A program made the position numbers and the translations under genes. The notes under the pieces were generated by a model. That model saw only the letters and a list, made by a program, of their open reading frames with translations. It ran no database searches and was not told where the DNA came from. From the NCBI GenBank assembly GCA_964016885.1, contig OZ024746.1, positions 98,146,001-98,210,000 on the forward strand: a stretch of 64,000 nucleotides of DNA. Reading direction: 5' to 3'. Origin of the DNA: Eledone cirrhosa (Eukaryota). Below are positions 43,358 through 59,445 of the stretch, in pieces (position 1 is the stretch's first letter; every line of letters starts with the position of its first letter).

Positions 43358-44723
43358 CGGTGGATTGGCAGTATCGGTAGAGCGTCGGCAATTTGCTTTA
43401 CATCATAGAGTTTCGGCCCTTTATGTCCTGAGTTAAGATTTCACCGAGGTTAGCTTTGCCTTTCATCCTTATGGTGTCGATAAAATAAAGTACCAGTAAC
43501 GAACTGGGGTCGATTTAATCGACTTTCCTCTCCTCCAAAAATTGCTAGCCTTGTGCCAAATGTAGAAACTATTATTATGATAAACTGTAAGAGTGGTCGA
43601 TTGGCAGTATCGAACTGGGGTCGATGTACTGGGGTTGATCTAATCGACTTTCCCCTCCCCCCAAATTGCTGGCCTTGTGCCCTATAGCAGTAATCATTAT
43701 TTTACCAAATTCATAAGGATGAAGAGCTACACTAACCCCAGTCGTTACATATTCCTTATAAAGGAATAGTTTATCATAATAAGGATTTATGATTTAGGCA
43801 CAAGGCTTTATTTTATCGAACCCGTAAAGATGAAAGGCAAAGCTAACTTCGATGGGATTTGTACTCAGAGCGTAAAGGTCCGTAACTCTATGCCGCAAAG
43901 CATGTTATCTGACGACCATCCTTACGGGTTATCATAATGATTTCTAGTATAGGTAAAAGGCTAGTAATTTGAGGGCAAAGGAGGGTAAAGTCGATTAAAA
44001 GACCCCAGTTCATTACTGGTACTTTATTTTATCGACACCGTAAGGATGAAAGGCAAAGTTAACTTCGGCGAGATTTGAACTCAAAACATAAAGGGCCGAA
44101 ACCCTATGCCACAAAGCATGTTATCCGACACTCTACATATAGTACCAATCTACCAACCTTACAGTTTATCATAATTGTTTCTACTTTGGGCACAAGGCCA
44201 GCAATTATCCCAGTGTATTACTGGTACTTTATTTTATCGATCCCGTAAGGATGAAAGGCAAAGTTAACCTCGGCGGGATTTGAACTTAGAATGGCAAGGG
44301 CCGTAACTCTATGCGTCAAAGCATGGCGTCCGACCCTCTACCGATACTGCCAATCCAACGCGATGTCAAATATGTTATGAAATCATTTGACCTTTTTGTT
44401 AGCTGCCCAGACACTGCATCCTTTAAAACCTCCATGCTTCCTGAAATTTCCAACACTACACCTGATATGCACACGCACACATGTATATCATGATCCATAC
44501 ACTGTTAACTTTCCTCACATTTGTACATTATTCTATCTACTAAACATGCACCTTTGATGAGTTGTAGTGCACCTGAGCACTGTACACAATAATTTCATTA
44601 TTATTATAATCTACAAATCCCGCCGCAGTTAACTTTGCCTCTCATCCTTACGGGGTCGATAAAATAAAGTACTAGTAATGCACTGGGTAATTGCTGGCCT
44701 TGTGCCAAAAGTAGAAACAATTA
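43358..44723. mobile_element. Cluster of ~6 SINE A copies (plus at 43358-43700 and 44615-44723; minus at 43790-44358) with a possible CR1/L2-like 3' end at ~44365-44610
   Basis: Repeated core and tail sequences in both orientations. Confidence 0.85.
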
Positions 44724-46045
44724 TATTGTATAGTATTATATTATATTAGAAGGTGAAGGCACCTGGCTTTGTGGTTACGGTATTCCGCTCATAATTGTAA
44801 AGTTGTGAGTTTGATTCCCGGCGGCGCGTTGTGTCCTTGAGCAAGGCATTTTATTTCACGTTGCTCGAGTCCACTCAGTTGGTAAACATAAGTTGTACCT
44901 GTAGTTCGAATGGCCAGCCTTGTCACATTCTGTGACTCGCTGAATCTCCCTGAGAACTACGTTACGGGTACGTATGTGTGTGGAATGTTCAGCCACTTGC
45001 ACGTTAATTTCATGAGCAGACTGTTCCGTTGATCGGATCAAATGGAACACCTATCGTCGTAACCGACGAAGTGCCTCAGTCAGTCATATTAGAAAGCATA
45101 CTAAACGTTGATATTGATCTTATATTACTCCTGTGAAGACCATCCCTACATTCAACATCTAACATTTAATATACAAGGTGACCAGACAAACACACCAGCT
45201 ACGTTGCTGTGGATGAACGCCATCTTGAAATACACTGCCATTTGGAGGATCGAGTCAATTCTGCCAAAGAGGAAAGAAACTTTATTAGTTTATGCAGCTG
45301 TAGCCACAATGATATTCATTTAAGTTTTGATATTATAAGTATTTGAAATCAAGGAGTATTTTTGTGGTACAACTTATTTTTGCCAACTGAGTGAACTGGA
45401 GCACGTGAAATAAAATGCCCTGCTCAAGGACTCAGCGCGCCGCCGGGAATCAAACTCACAACTTTACAATATCTACAATTGACACTCCTTCTGAATTCAC
45501 ATGTGATAGCAGTAAACTTTGGATTTATTGCAGGACACAATTTACAGATTTCACCGTTGTTAGTATATGACATTCTTCTTTACAAATAACGTATGATGCT
45601 GATTATAAGAAATTGATATTTTCTCTCATGCGAAAACTGAGTACTGAGAAGCGGAGACATAGGTTCAGTATTTCAGACAAATTTGGAAACAAAAGTTAGT
45701 TTAAATACACATACACATATGTTTCTATATCTATAGGTGTGTATATGCAGTTATTACACGTGAAACTTCTGGAATACTGCAAGGTATATTCTCTAATACT
45801 TTATATATGGCTATCTACCTATTTATCGTAAAATCACCTAACATTTAACTCTACAAAATACTTCAGTAATGTTGGTATAGTCACTACCTCTCCCCATGTC
45901 TCACTATTATAAGTAAATGGGGGCCTACTCGCTGGCTGCCCCGACCGACTGAATATAGGTTGCTAATCGCTCACTCTAGATTTAAGGACCCTGTTAAAGT
46001 CGTACGGGGAGCCGTAGAGGAACATGAAAGTCTATTTCTTCTTCT

Positions 46046-46155
<110 letters not shown>

Positions 46156-46334
46156 CGACTCCAATTTTTGAGAGGTACACTACTTAATTCATCCAACCCA
46201 AAAGGATAAAATACAAGGTTGACTTCTTGCAGGATTTGAACACAACGTAATGAGTGGAAAGAAATAACAAAAACATCTACAAACGGCGCTATATCGACTG
46301 ACAATCTTCTACACACAGTTAATATATTCCTTGA

Positions 46335-47016
46335 CTTTTCAAGTGCATGTGTTCGTTGATGTTCTCTCTCACTCTTTCTCTCACTGCCTCCGTCTCTCCC
46401 GCTCTCCCTATCTCTCTCTTGCATTCACTGTCAGCGTCTCTTCCGCTCTCTCTATCTCTCACTATTATAAACAAATGGAGGCCCAGGCGCCGTCAGCCTG
46501 GCAGACCCGGCCGCCAGAATAGAAAAGGCGTTTCCTGGGTGGATGGTGAGGGAGACGCGTTGGAAGAACCATTCCAGCTCACGAGGCTCACACCTGCGGG
46601 TAGCCAACTCCGTGCCGATGGTGGTCCTAGGGAGGTGGTCCTAGGGCCAAGGACACCAGAAGTCTCCACTGCTACAGAGTACTGATGGTGGTGAGTAGGG
46701 AGGTGGTCCTAGGGCCAAGGACACCAGAAGTCTCCCCTGCTACGGGGTGCTGATGGTGGTGAGTTGAGAGGTGGTCCTAGGGCCAAGGACACTAGATGTC
46801 TCCTCTGCTACGGGGTGCTGATGGTGGTGAGTTGAGAGGTGGTCCTAGGGCCAAGGACACTAGATGTCTCCTCTGCTACGGGGTGCTGATGGTGGTGAGT
46901 TGAGAGGTGGTCCTAGGGCCAAGGACACTAGATGTCTCCTCTGCTACGGGGTGCTGATGGTGGTGAGTTGAGAGGTGGTCCTAGGGCCAAGGACACTAGA
47001 TGTCTCCTCTGCTACA
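46335..47016 (+). repeat. Family X copy ending in a 68-bp tandem array (~5.6 units, 46634-47016)
   Basis: GGTGGTCCTAGGGCCAAGGACAC...TGCTGATGGTGGTGAGT at 68-bp period. Confidence 0.92.
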
Positions 47017-47396
47017 GGCTGGACAGTAAACCTGTCGGAGAGCGACCGATATTTAATATTAAGAACCAGCTAACTCGGTAATTGTAGCAATACTTACAAT
47101 ACTGATTTTGCCCAATTAACTAGGAAAATCGAAAGAGACTGTACATGAGATGGAGATATGTTGTTAATGATGAATAATGGGGCATATCCAGTTACTCTCG
47201 GGTCTCGGATAATCGCCGCCCCTGCCCTCCTCCACTTATTATTTTTTTAGATACGCTCTTATACCTCTGCCCTCTCAATTCAAATCCCACTGAAGTCAAC
47301 TTTGCCTTTCATCCATTCATGGTCGATCAAAAAAGTACCAGTTTAGTACTGGGGTCAATTCTTCCTCTATATCACTTTCACGCTTCCAATCTCTCA

Positions 47397-47433
<37 letters not shown>

Positions 47434-48006
47434 TCTCTCTCTCTCTTTTTCTCTCTGTCTCCCCCCCCCCCTCTCATTCTATCCTTCTCTGGCAGAAATC
47501 TACTGTATTCAGGCTTGGAGAGGAGATGGGCTCCACCAGATGTAAAAAGAAATGGCCTAGAAAGGCCGTATGTCAATATGGCGTCGCTGCGACTCCCTCA
47601 GGGGTAACAGGTTCATACCATGTACCATATTGACCAAGTAATTGGAACACACACATCATTGATACCGACGGAGGTCCCATTTTCTCCTCATATTTTTTTC
47701 ATCCAATGAAATAGCAATCCAATGCGAATGCAGGAGCTTTACATTAAAGAGAAATTTAAAAAGATAATTGAAAGTGACAGAACTGATGTGATCTAAATAT
47801 CTAGCTATTATTCCAGAATAACTAACATCTGTAGGGCAATGTACTAGCCATGACGGTATCGCTACATTAGTATTGAGCAAATACTTTTAACATTGGATTA
47901 TTCAAGTGACAATTCTAACACTTATCTTTATCCTCAATGACACTTTCTATTAGAAATTTAACATCTCTTTATGTTATAAGTATTGCACATTATAAGCATA
48001 CATGCA

Positions 48007-49850
<1,844 letters not shown>

Positions 49851-50041
49851 TATTAGGTATTAAATTAACAATGAAAATAAAAACAACAAAGTCAAATTAC
49901 TTTACATATTCATATCATTGTTTTACTATCGTTTCGGAGGGTTGATCATATTGATATATTGTCTGATCTATAGCAGTTATATAACTGTATACTATCAGAC
50001 CTCATATATAGGTTCGATCAGACCGTCTTCTTCGGAAACAA
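49851..50041 (-). mobile_element. Second copy of the ~187-bp hammerhead repeat
   Basis: Same boundaries as 12926-13112; ttgttt-CCGAAGA...GAAA-cgatag-TA-aaacaa. Confidence 0.7.
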
Positions 50042-50848
50042 CCGGACGTGACAGAATATTGTGATCTTGTGCAATTCATTTTATTTCATGTTGCTCCAGT
50101 CTAATGAGCGACAACTGTGACCAAGCAGTATCACCCTTTGCCTTTCTTTTGCACAACATCGGTGGCGTGGAGAGGGTGACTGTCATACATGGCGGTTGCC
50201 AATCTTCCACAATACAACTTTCTCAAGTCGTCATCTGATAAAATATTTTGGATAACAACATAGTGATCATTGACTTTAGTGCCCCATTTTCATTTTCTTA
50301 AAACTGTAGTTCGTCAAAAGTATAAATGAATGGCTTACCAACAGCAGAAATAAACTTTGCGCATTGGAGTGGAACTTTCTAGGTACAAAATTATGGTCCG
50401 TCATGACCGAAGGGGATCTATTTATATATATCAATTACTGTCCACATATCTAATTTCATAAAATATATGAGTGTCATGAGGCAGCGAATATAGAAAGACT
50501 TGCTACAAGGTCAGATAGACTTATTTCCGCTCTTCATTCCAGCTCTCTGCGTTCAAAGTTCAAACACCACCGACGGTAACTTCACCCTTCATCCTTTAAG
50601 TGGATAAAAAGAAAAGTACCAGCCCAGTTATAGAGGGTGGGTAGATTCTTTCTCTCCATATACAAATATCTTTTTCTTACTTCCCTTCTCTCTCTCTCTC
50701 TCTCTCTCCCCCCCTCTCTCTCTATCTCTCTCTTTGTTTTCAAACCTAAAGAGGTTTGAAATATCCCGACGGCACCTCTACAACTGCTTCAGAAGTTATG
50801 TATTCATGACATGACACAAGCGTGACTATTAAGTACTCATCACAGCCA

Positions 50849-51110
50849 ATAATTGTTTCTATTTTTGGCACAAGGCTAGTAATTACCCAGTACATTACTG
50901 ACTATAGGCACAAGGCCAGTAATTTGGGGAGGGGGAGGGGAAAGTCAATTAAATCGACTCCAGTTCGTTACTGCTACTTTATTTTATCGACCCAGTAAGA
51001 ATGAAAGGCATAGTTAACCTCGGCGGGATTTGAACTCAGACCGTAACGGGACGTAACTCTGCTGCAAATCATGGTGTCCGACTCTCTACCGATACTGCCA
51101 ATCTACTGCC
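50849..51110 (-). mobile_element. SINE A copy plus extra tail
   Basis: A and B boxes plus core. Confidence 0.88.
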
Positions 51111-51367
51111 AATCTTTTTTAAAATGAAATTTAATGTAATTTATTGTGATAAAAAAAAAACATTGAGATTTCTTAATTGAAAATAATTGTTTCTACTTTA
51201 GGCACAAGGCCAGCCTTTTGCCGGTTGGTTTTGCCCGAAAAACCACCATGGTGTTTATTAACCCTTTAGCATTTACATTACTCTATGTGTACTATTACGG
51301 TAAACACTTTATTTCAAATAATTATCTCACATAGTATGGAATCTATGAGATTTTGCTATTATATATA

Positions 51368-51817
51368 TAAACTAGACCTGAAAAATGCGCAAGCTCAAAA
51401 GAGCCCCAGAATGTTATAATAAACCTTCAAAAGTGTGGAACTAGAGTTGTTGCTCAAAAATATTGTAATCATTATCTATCGTACACTCTGTGGCATCCTT
51501 TTATAAAAAAAGAGACTCATAACGAACTCAAGACGACACGATAATTATTTAAGCTAATGTTCAATATCTCATATTATTTAGTAATGATTAATACGAAATG
51601 CACTTAAACTGAATTCTATATTATAAATTCACTTAAATAATTATCGTGTCGTCTTGAGTTCGTTATGAGTCTCTTTTTTTTATAAAAGGATGCCACAGAG
51701 TGTACGATAGATAATGATTACAATATTTTTGAGCAACAACTCTAGTCCCACACTTTTGAAGGTTTATTATAACATTCTGTGACTCTTTTGAGCTTGCGCA
51801 TTTTTCAGGTCTAGTTT
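51368..51817. repeat. Inverted repeat, ~185-bp arms, ~76-nt spacer
   Basis: AAACTAGACCTGAAAAATGCGCAAGCTC...GAGCTTGCGCATTTTTCAGGTCTAGTTT. Confidence 0.95.
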
Positions 51818-51878
51818 AATATTTTTTTAAGGCAACGCTGTAATAACTCTAGTTAAACATGATATATATTAATAATAA

Positions 51879-53176
51879 ATTATCGTTGTAATGTAATTAG
51901 ATTATATAATTGTTATTTTATAAATGATCTTATAAATATTATTGTAAGATGTATAAAATGTTTTCAGACTTTTAATATAAACAACTACAAAAAACAATCA
52001 ATATTAAATATTTTACATAATAATTGTTATAGTTGAATTAATAAAAATTAAATATTACATACAAATAGGCTAATATAATAATAATAAAATAATCTAACAT
52101 AAAACGAACAATAATATGGACAAATATACAAGTAAATATGATACAACCAATATTATAAACATGTTATAACGAACTGAAAAAAAAAATAGTTAATATAAAT
52201 TTAAAATATCATATATAAATTAACAATATAACTTACCAAAACGAGAAAATATTTTGATGATAAACGACGAAATACAGGAGGAAGATTCGAAAGCGAAACG
52301 ATAAATAAACGTGCACACAAAGTGGCGGATGCTTTTGAGCAACAATTACTCTCATTGGTTGATTAGCCAATAAGACGATGAAATTAGCAATAAGACGATA
52401 CATTACAAAAGATGTTTGTCAGGGATCACCACAGCCAGCGAAACCCCTTGAACTTTTTATTCACAAGCTACGTATATATGTCAGACACGCAGACTTAAAA
52501 CATTAGTCACTGCGTGTCTAACAGATATTATCGTTGTAATGTAATTAGATTATATAATTGTTATTTTATAAATGATCTTATAAATATTATTGTAAGATGT
52601 ATAAAATGTTTTCAGACTTTTAATATAAACAACTACAAAAAACAATCAATATTAAATATTTTACATAATAATTGTTATAGTTGAATTAATAAAAATTAAA
52701 TATTACATACAAATAGGCTAATATAATAATAATAAAATAATCTAACATAAAACGAACAATAATATGGACAAATATACAAGTAAATATGATACAACCAATA
52801 TTATAAGCATGTTATAACGAACTGAAAAAAAAAATAGTTAATATAAATTTAAAATATCATATATAAATTAACATTATAACTTACCAAAACGAGAAAATAT
52901 TTTGATGATAAACGACGAAATACAGGAGGAAGATTCGAAAGCGAAACGATAAATAAACGTGCACACAAAGTGGCGGATGCTTTTGAGCAACAATTACTCT
53001 CATTGGTTGATTAGCCAATAAGACGATGAAATTAGCAATAAGACGATACATTACAAAAGATGTTTGCCAGGGATCACCACGGCCAGCGAAACCCCTTGAA
53101 CTTTTTATTCACAAGCTACGTATATATGTCAGACACGCAGACTTAAAACATTAGTCACTGCGTGTCTAACAGATAT
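51879..53176. repeat. 648-bp direct tandem duplication, nearly identical
   Basis: ATTATCGTTGTAATG at 51879 and 52527; both units end ...CACTGCGTGTCTAACAGAT. Confidence 0.95.
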
Positions 53177-53394
53177 TGGGAATAATACCTTAACATCAGT
53201 ATGAGCAGAAAGTTATGGCCAGTTTGAACAGAAAGAGGTGAGAGAATTCTGGCCGGATATGACCGTTTTAAATGCTAAAGGGTCAAGGAATCAATTTTAA
53301 ATATATGAGACGTTGACAGTGTTTTAGAAATAGAATTATTGAATGTTCGTTTTGCTTCTGTACATAAATAAATACACTGTATATAACATCTATT

Positions 53395-54077
53395 GTCTTA
53401 TCAAGAGCGTGTGTTGATGTTCTCTCTTTTTTACTCACTGTCCCCTCAGTCTCTCTCACTCTCCCCATCTCTCACTCACTCCCTCCGCCTCTCTCGCTCT
53501 CCCCATCTCTCACTCTCCCCATCTCTCTCTTTCACTCACTGCTTCCTTCTCTCTCACTCTCGCCATCTCTCTCTTTCACTCACTGCCTCCATCTCTCTCA
53601 TTCTATCCATCTCTCTCTTTCACTCACTGTCACCGTCTCTCTCTCTCCCCATCTCTCTCTTTAACTCACTGCCTCCATCTCTCTCACCCTCCCCATCTCT
53701 CTCTTTCACTCACTGCCTCCGTCTCTCTCACTCTCCCCAACTCTCACTCACTGCCTCTCTCTCTCTCATTCTCCCCATCTCTCACTCACTCAATCCGCCT
53801 CTCTCGCTCTCCCCATCTCCCACTCACTGCCCCCGTCTCTCTCTCTCTCCCCATCTATCACTCACTGCCTCCGTCTCTCTCTCTCGCTCTCCCCATCTCT
53901 CACTCACTGCTCCCGTCTCTCTCTCTCTCTCCATCTCTCACTCACTGCCTCCGTCTCTCTCTCACTCTCCATATCTCTCACTCACTTCCCCTGTCTCTCT
54001 CGCTTTCCCCATCTCTCACTATTATAAGCAAACGGGAGCCCACGCATTGGCCACCCCGCGGGCCTGGTGGACAGAAA
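53395..54077 (+). repeat. Family X copy with expanded CT-rich ~35-40-bp repeat
   Basis: CACTCACTGCCTCCGTCTCTCTCACTCTCCCCATCTCT units, then CACTATTATAAGCAAACGGGAGCCC. Confidence 0.8.
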
Positions 54078-55810
54078 TGTACAAAAAGGATTTGAATTAA
54101 AATAAGAGCCAAAGAAATGTCCAATCAGTGTTAACTTTTCCAATACAATTTTTTTATATTTATCAATTTATTCTATTTTGAATGTGGTACTTTCTCCTAC
54201 CTACGCAATAGTCTACTTTATTTTCGCATGTGTTAAGCATCTGAGGTGTAACTACTAATTAAATAGCAATTTTGAGAACATTGACACCAAAATATACTCA
54301 TTTGCCCTACTTTGTAGCCGAAATGAATATTAGTTATTCTTTGTTTTGTTTATACGAGTTGACACAATATTATCTCTTCTTTCATGTAGCAGAATGACAA
54401 CATTCAGTAAAATGAATCGAGTAAAAAGACTGAAGATAAATGTCTTACATTTTATGCTATAATTAGAGTACAGAAGACTTATTATAAATTCACTTTAGTC
54501 ACGCCATAGATGTAATAACAGAAGACACGCATGAGCAAGCAGAGACACAGATAGGACAGCTGAAAGGGATTTCAAGAGAATATGATAGTAACGTACAATG
54601 TGAGATTCACTAATATAAAGGAAATGATGGTTCACAGAGACAGTGTTATCAAATTAAATGGAAGTAACTTTTAAAATCGGTATTATATCTGTGACAACAG
54701 AGGTTAATGAAGAAGCATGAATGTTGTCGGACAGACGTCCAGTCACATGAAAGCTGATACAGTCTCTTCGTCTAAATTACTCGCTGTGTTTGAGTCAAAT
54801 TAACCACATTGTGAATTTGATATATTTCGTGAAGAAGCACACTTTATAAATGCTCAAATCAAAGTTTCCGATAGTTGTAATATAACAAACAAATTATTGA
54901 CATTATTGAACCTTGGTTAAAATGTTTTGTGCTATTTAGTTTACGACTTTGAACGTTCTGTGTTTAAATCATGCCGGGGTCAACTTTAACATTCTTTCTT
55001 CCGAGTTCGAACAAATAAAGTACCAGCCAAATACTGGGGTCGGTGTTTCCTTCCTCCAAAATCGCTGGCCTTTTGTCAATGTATATCTACATCTCTCTTT
55101 CATCGGAGACAATATTGTAAAACATTAACAACACATTATTAACTGCTTAATGAACACAACCACCAGGATATGGTCCGAACTTGTAAGAACCGAACTGCCA
55201 CTGTCATCGCCTCCATCTCTCTCGCTCTCCCCATCTTTCTGTATGGTGAGCAAATGGGATCCCACGTGCTGGCCTACCACAGCCCCGGTGGACAGAATGG
55301 CGAAATAATTATTACTGGTGAAGGTGGTGAACTGGCTGAATCGTTAGAATGATGGAGAGATGTATTGTAGTATTTGCTCGGACTTGTAATCGCCTGAGTT
55401 CGAATCCTACGGAGGTTAACTTACATCATTCCGAAGTCGATAAAATCAAGTACCTGTCATGCACTGGTGTTGGTGTAATTGGTATTCCCCTCTTCTCCAA
55501 ATTGCGACTTCAACGTGAAATGAGGTGTTTTGCTCAAGAACACAACACTCAACCCTGCCCAGGAATCGAACTCACGACAGTATGACAACGACAGTATGAC
55601 AACACCCTTACTACTAGGAGACGGAAACATTGTACAGTATCGTTTGTGGGGATTACACTCACACCTGTGATATGCTGGAGGTCTACGAAATCATTATTCC
55701 AAATCATGGCTGACCACCCATCAATTTAAACCTTAGTTATCTGCCTGTAGATGAAAACAAAGAATTAGTCGTATTTTTCTTGGTGAAGCTGCTTACATTA
55801 AACTAGTATA

Positions 55811-57011
55811 CAGTGTACCCCCGGCATTCGTGGCCCCGGTTATTCACGGAATTTTCCTTAGGACTTAACTAATAATTGTTCGTGGAAACCACCGCATATT
55901 CGCGGAATCGTAAATATCTTCCGCGACTTTTTTATGGCTCTTTTCGTGGCAATCTATATATATAAAACTGTGGTTGTCTGTCTGTCTATCGATTTTCGGC
56001 ACACATCTCCTCTTAGAATCTCTCACGGAATTCCACCGAAATTGCTATACTTGTACATTGAGCCCTAGCGAAGACATCGGAAAAAAAAAATTTCAAATTG
56101 ACCCACCCTATGTGACGAAATCGAATATAATGTATCGATTTTTGAGCGTAAGTTATCAGTTATTTCCCTTTGTTCTGTTTACATTGAGCGTCTTACGTAA
56201 AAAATTACGCTGGCTTTCTCAGTTGTCGAGCCAGCAAAATATTGACCTGCAAAATTCATCAGTTCGAACACTAAGCTTCCGTTTTGCTTCATTTCCATTT
56301 AAAAGCATTTTAAAACGATATTTTTACTTGAAAACAAGTCTATTTAAAGACTACGTAAAACAAGCAACTATTTCGTCGTTAGGCGTGCAGACAGACAGTC
56401 GTGCAGAGAGGTGATATACGCGTGCAGACAGACAGTCGTGCAGAGAGGTGATATAGGCGTGCAGACAGACAGTCGTGCAGAGAGGTGATATAGGCGTGCA
56501 GACAGACATAACTGATAATTTGGTTACGCTAATGTTTTTCTCTGCGTTGCAGTGTTTACATTTTCGATCTTTGTTAATAAATAACCAGTGCAGTTTCTAT
56601 CCCCAGCATCCTCTTTTGTTATAACATTCGGGTTATCGTTATGTTTTCTTAACTTCATAAGGCATATTGTTGGTTGAGGGAATATTAATCAAAAACACCA
56701 CATGCAAGTCTGCACAGTAGACACTACAGTTTTTAAGCCAAGAAAGAAACTTAACATTGTAACTTTAACACAGCTACTGAGCGACCCCGAGCAACGCCGG
56801 GCTTTACTGCTAGTATATATATATTTTTAACGCTAAATTATTGTTAACAATATACCATATTTGCCGATCTATTGGACGCCCCTTCGTATAAAACGGTCGC
56901 TCTTTTAAATTATATTTTACGTTACAGTTTGACGTTTATAGGCATTCTTATGGACCATGTCCAATATTCGCGGTTTTTCACGTAACCCTTTCGAATGCCG
57001 GATGACAACTA
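55811..57011. mobile_element. pogo/Tigger-type MITE interrupted by a Helitron
   Basis: Matches 40827-41153 on both sides of the insertion. Confidence 0.8.
55953..56813 (+). mobile_element. Non-autonomous Helitron with a short internal tandem repeat (~56380-56505)
   Basis: 5' TCTATATATATAAAAC; 3' CCCGAGCAACGCCGGG...CTAG; inserted between A and T with no TSD. Confidence 0.92.
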
Positions 57012-57653
57012 CATTTTCAAAATTCAAATTTACTTAATGCTTCACGCATGGTTTAACTCTTTTTCATGATCTAAAAAGATCCTGCAGTGAAGCAGTTTAT
57101 ATTAAGTTAACATACTTCCAAAATCCAAATCTAAATATTGTAAAGTTTTATATTTGAACTGCTTCAACGGAGGGAAGGGTTGAATATCCTCAACGTGCAA
57201 AGTGTACCTAATAAGAAAAAGAAAGCAATTCTTTTTAATAGAGAAAATAACATGATTGAAAATCCTAACGATTAGATCTAAAATATCTAACAATAAATAG
57301 CATTGTAACATTTTCAATGTTCAATAATTTATAACAATGATTTTATTAATAATTTTCTGAAGCTAAATAAAAATACTTGCGTAAATTTAACTCGAGCCAT
57401 ACAACATGTTAACACTTTTTATAATGTTCAATATATATCGTTAGATATAACAATGCAGGGAAATTTTGTCTAATTTGATTTATTGGGAAAATGAATACAA
57501 TACAAAGAATTATCACAATTCCTAATCCTTTTAACAGAAGAAATTTAATTTGATAGGACATTATGAAGGGAGGTAAATGGGGAAACAATGAATGCTATCG
57601 TATGAAATAGGATAGACCTCCGTCAGCTTTGACGATGAGTGTTTCAGTTAGTC

Positions 57654-58360
57654 CAGAGGTTCTCAAATTATTTGGGCCACCACCCCCTCACGGCCACGTA
57701 AAACCCTCAAGGCCCCAACCTTATTTCCAGAGAGATCTGCCTATACGTAAATTCTAAAAAATATATAATAAATAATATATAATTATAATATATAATCAAA
57801 TAACATAAATAAATATATTTTTTATTTTACTATATTTATATATAATTGTTTCTACTTTTGGCACAAGGCCAGCAATTATCCCAGTGTATTACTGGTACTT
57901 TATTTTATCGACCCTGTAAGGATGATAGGCAAAGTTAACCTCGGCGGGATTTGAACTCAGATTATAAAGGGGGGTAACTCTATGCTTGAAAGCATGGCGT
58001 CCGACCTTCTACAGATACTGCCAATCCATCGCCCCAATTTATTTATATATAATATATCTCATTTGATATTTAACCCTTTAGCATTGAAAGTGGCCATACT
58101 CAGCCAGAATTTTCTCACCTGTTTCTCTTCAAACCGGCCATAACCAGCCAACCATACTGACGTTAAGGTGTTGTTCTCCAAATAAATAACATCAAAATCT
58201 TGTAGATCCAGTATTATGTGAATTATTTATGTGAGGTAAAGACTTTACCACGAAAATACAGTAGAATATATAAAGTAATGTAAATGCTAAAGGGTTAATA
58301 TACTATTATATAATCTCTACCTTCTCTTTAGGCCCTTGGACCTTCTCAACGTGGGGGCGT
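57654..58360. mobile_element. hAT-like MITE carrying a SINE A (57843-58035, minus) and a piggyBac MITE (58074-58294)
   Basis: CAGAGGTTCTCAAA end; homology to 59837-60793; inner TTAA-CCCTTTAGCATT...AATGCTAAAGGG-TTAA. Confidence 0.75.
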
Positions 58361-58504
58361 CTATTTTCCTATTTCTTCTTCTCTTTCCCAAACATCCTCT
58401 CTCACTCTATTTTCCGATAAAGTATCAATGTTGAACATGTTATTACTCTTTTACTATATTAATGTTAAAATAATATATCATCATTGTATTGTATTCTTCT
58501 AGTG

Positions 58505-58572
<68 letters not shown>

Positions 58573-58853
58573 CACTAGAAGAATACAATACAATGATGAT
58601 ATATTATTTTAACGAATTTAAATTCATAGAAATTTGGGACTTGACTCCTTCTTCCTCACTTTTCGTTGCTTCACCATTTTTGTTTGTTTACACTCGTGTC
58701 CCCTTTATTTACGTGTCCCAACGACTTTTTTTAGCCGTTGCTCGCACCAACCGGAGGTATATGGTCTTTAAAGCGATGAAATACCAATGATGGTTGGAAG
58801 ATCACTGATGAAGGACTAACTTTATTCATATATATATATACATATATATATAC

Positions 58854-58950
<97 letters not shown>

Positions 58951-59019
58951 CATATATATATATATATACATATATATATACATATATATATAAATACATA
59001 TATATATACATATATATAT

Positions 59020-59083
<64 letters not shown>

Positions 59084-59314
59084 AGTCTTGGGGAGGGTTA
59101 TATTGTTATAATATTGCCAGAAATAATAACAGAACACACTCAGTGTTGTCTGTTATTATTGGCAATATTATAACAATATTTCCCTCCCCAAGTATAACAA
59201 TATTTGTTTCAACACACGATTTCATATTAAAAAAACCTTGCAAAACATATATATATATATATATTTGTTTTGCAAGGTTTTTGAAACACATATATATATA
59301 TATATATATTATAC

Positions 59315-59374
<60 letters not shown>

Positions 59375-59376
59375 GG

Positions 59377-59445
<69 letters not shown>

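Larger units (their letters stand above)
51262..53282 (-). mobile_element. piggyBac-type MITE split by a ~1.8-kb insertion
   Basis: TTAA-CCCTTTAGCATT at 51258 and AATGCTAAAGGG at 53271-53282; the halves match 58074-58294. Confidence 0.8.

Noticed and set aside
46634-47016. CRISPR-like 68-bp array
   Set aside because: Head-to-tail, near-identical units without spacers
53393-54100. 235-aa Ser/Leu/His-rich ORF
   Set aside because: Translation of a CT-rich tandem expansion in family X
58801-58825. CTGATGA at 58805 (also ~15214 and ~29113) as hammerheads
   Set aside because: No paired stem II, GAAA or closing stem I downstream; 58805 may be a truncated remnant
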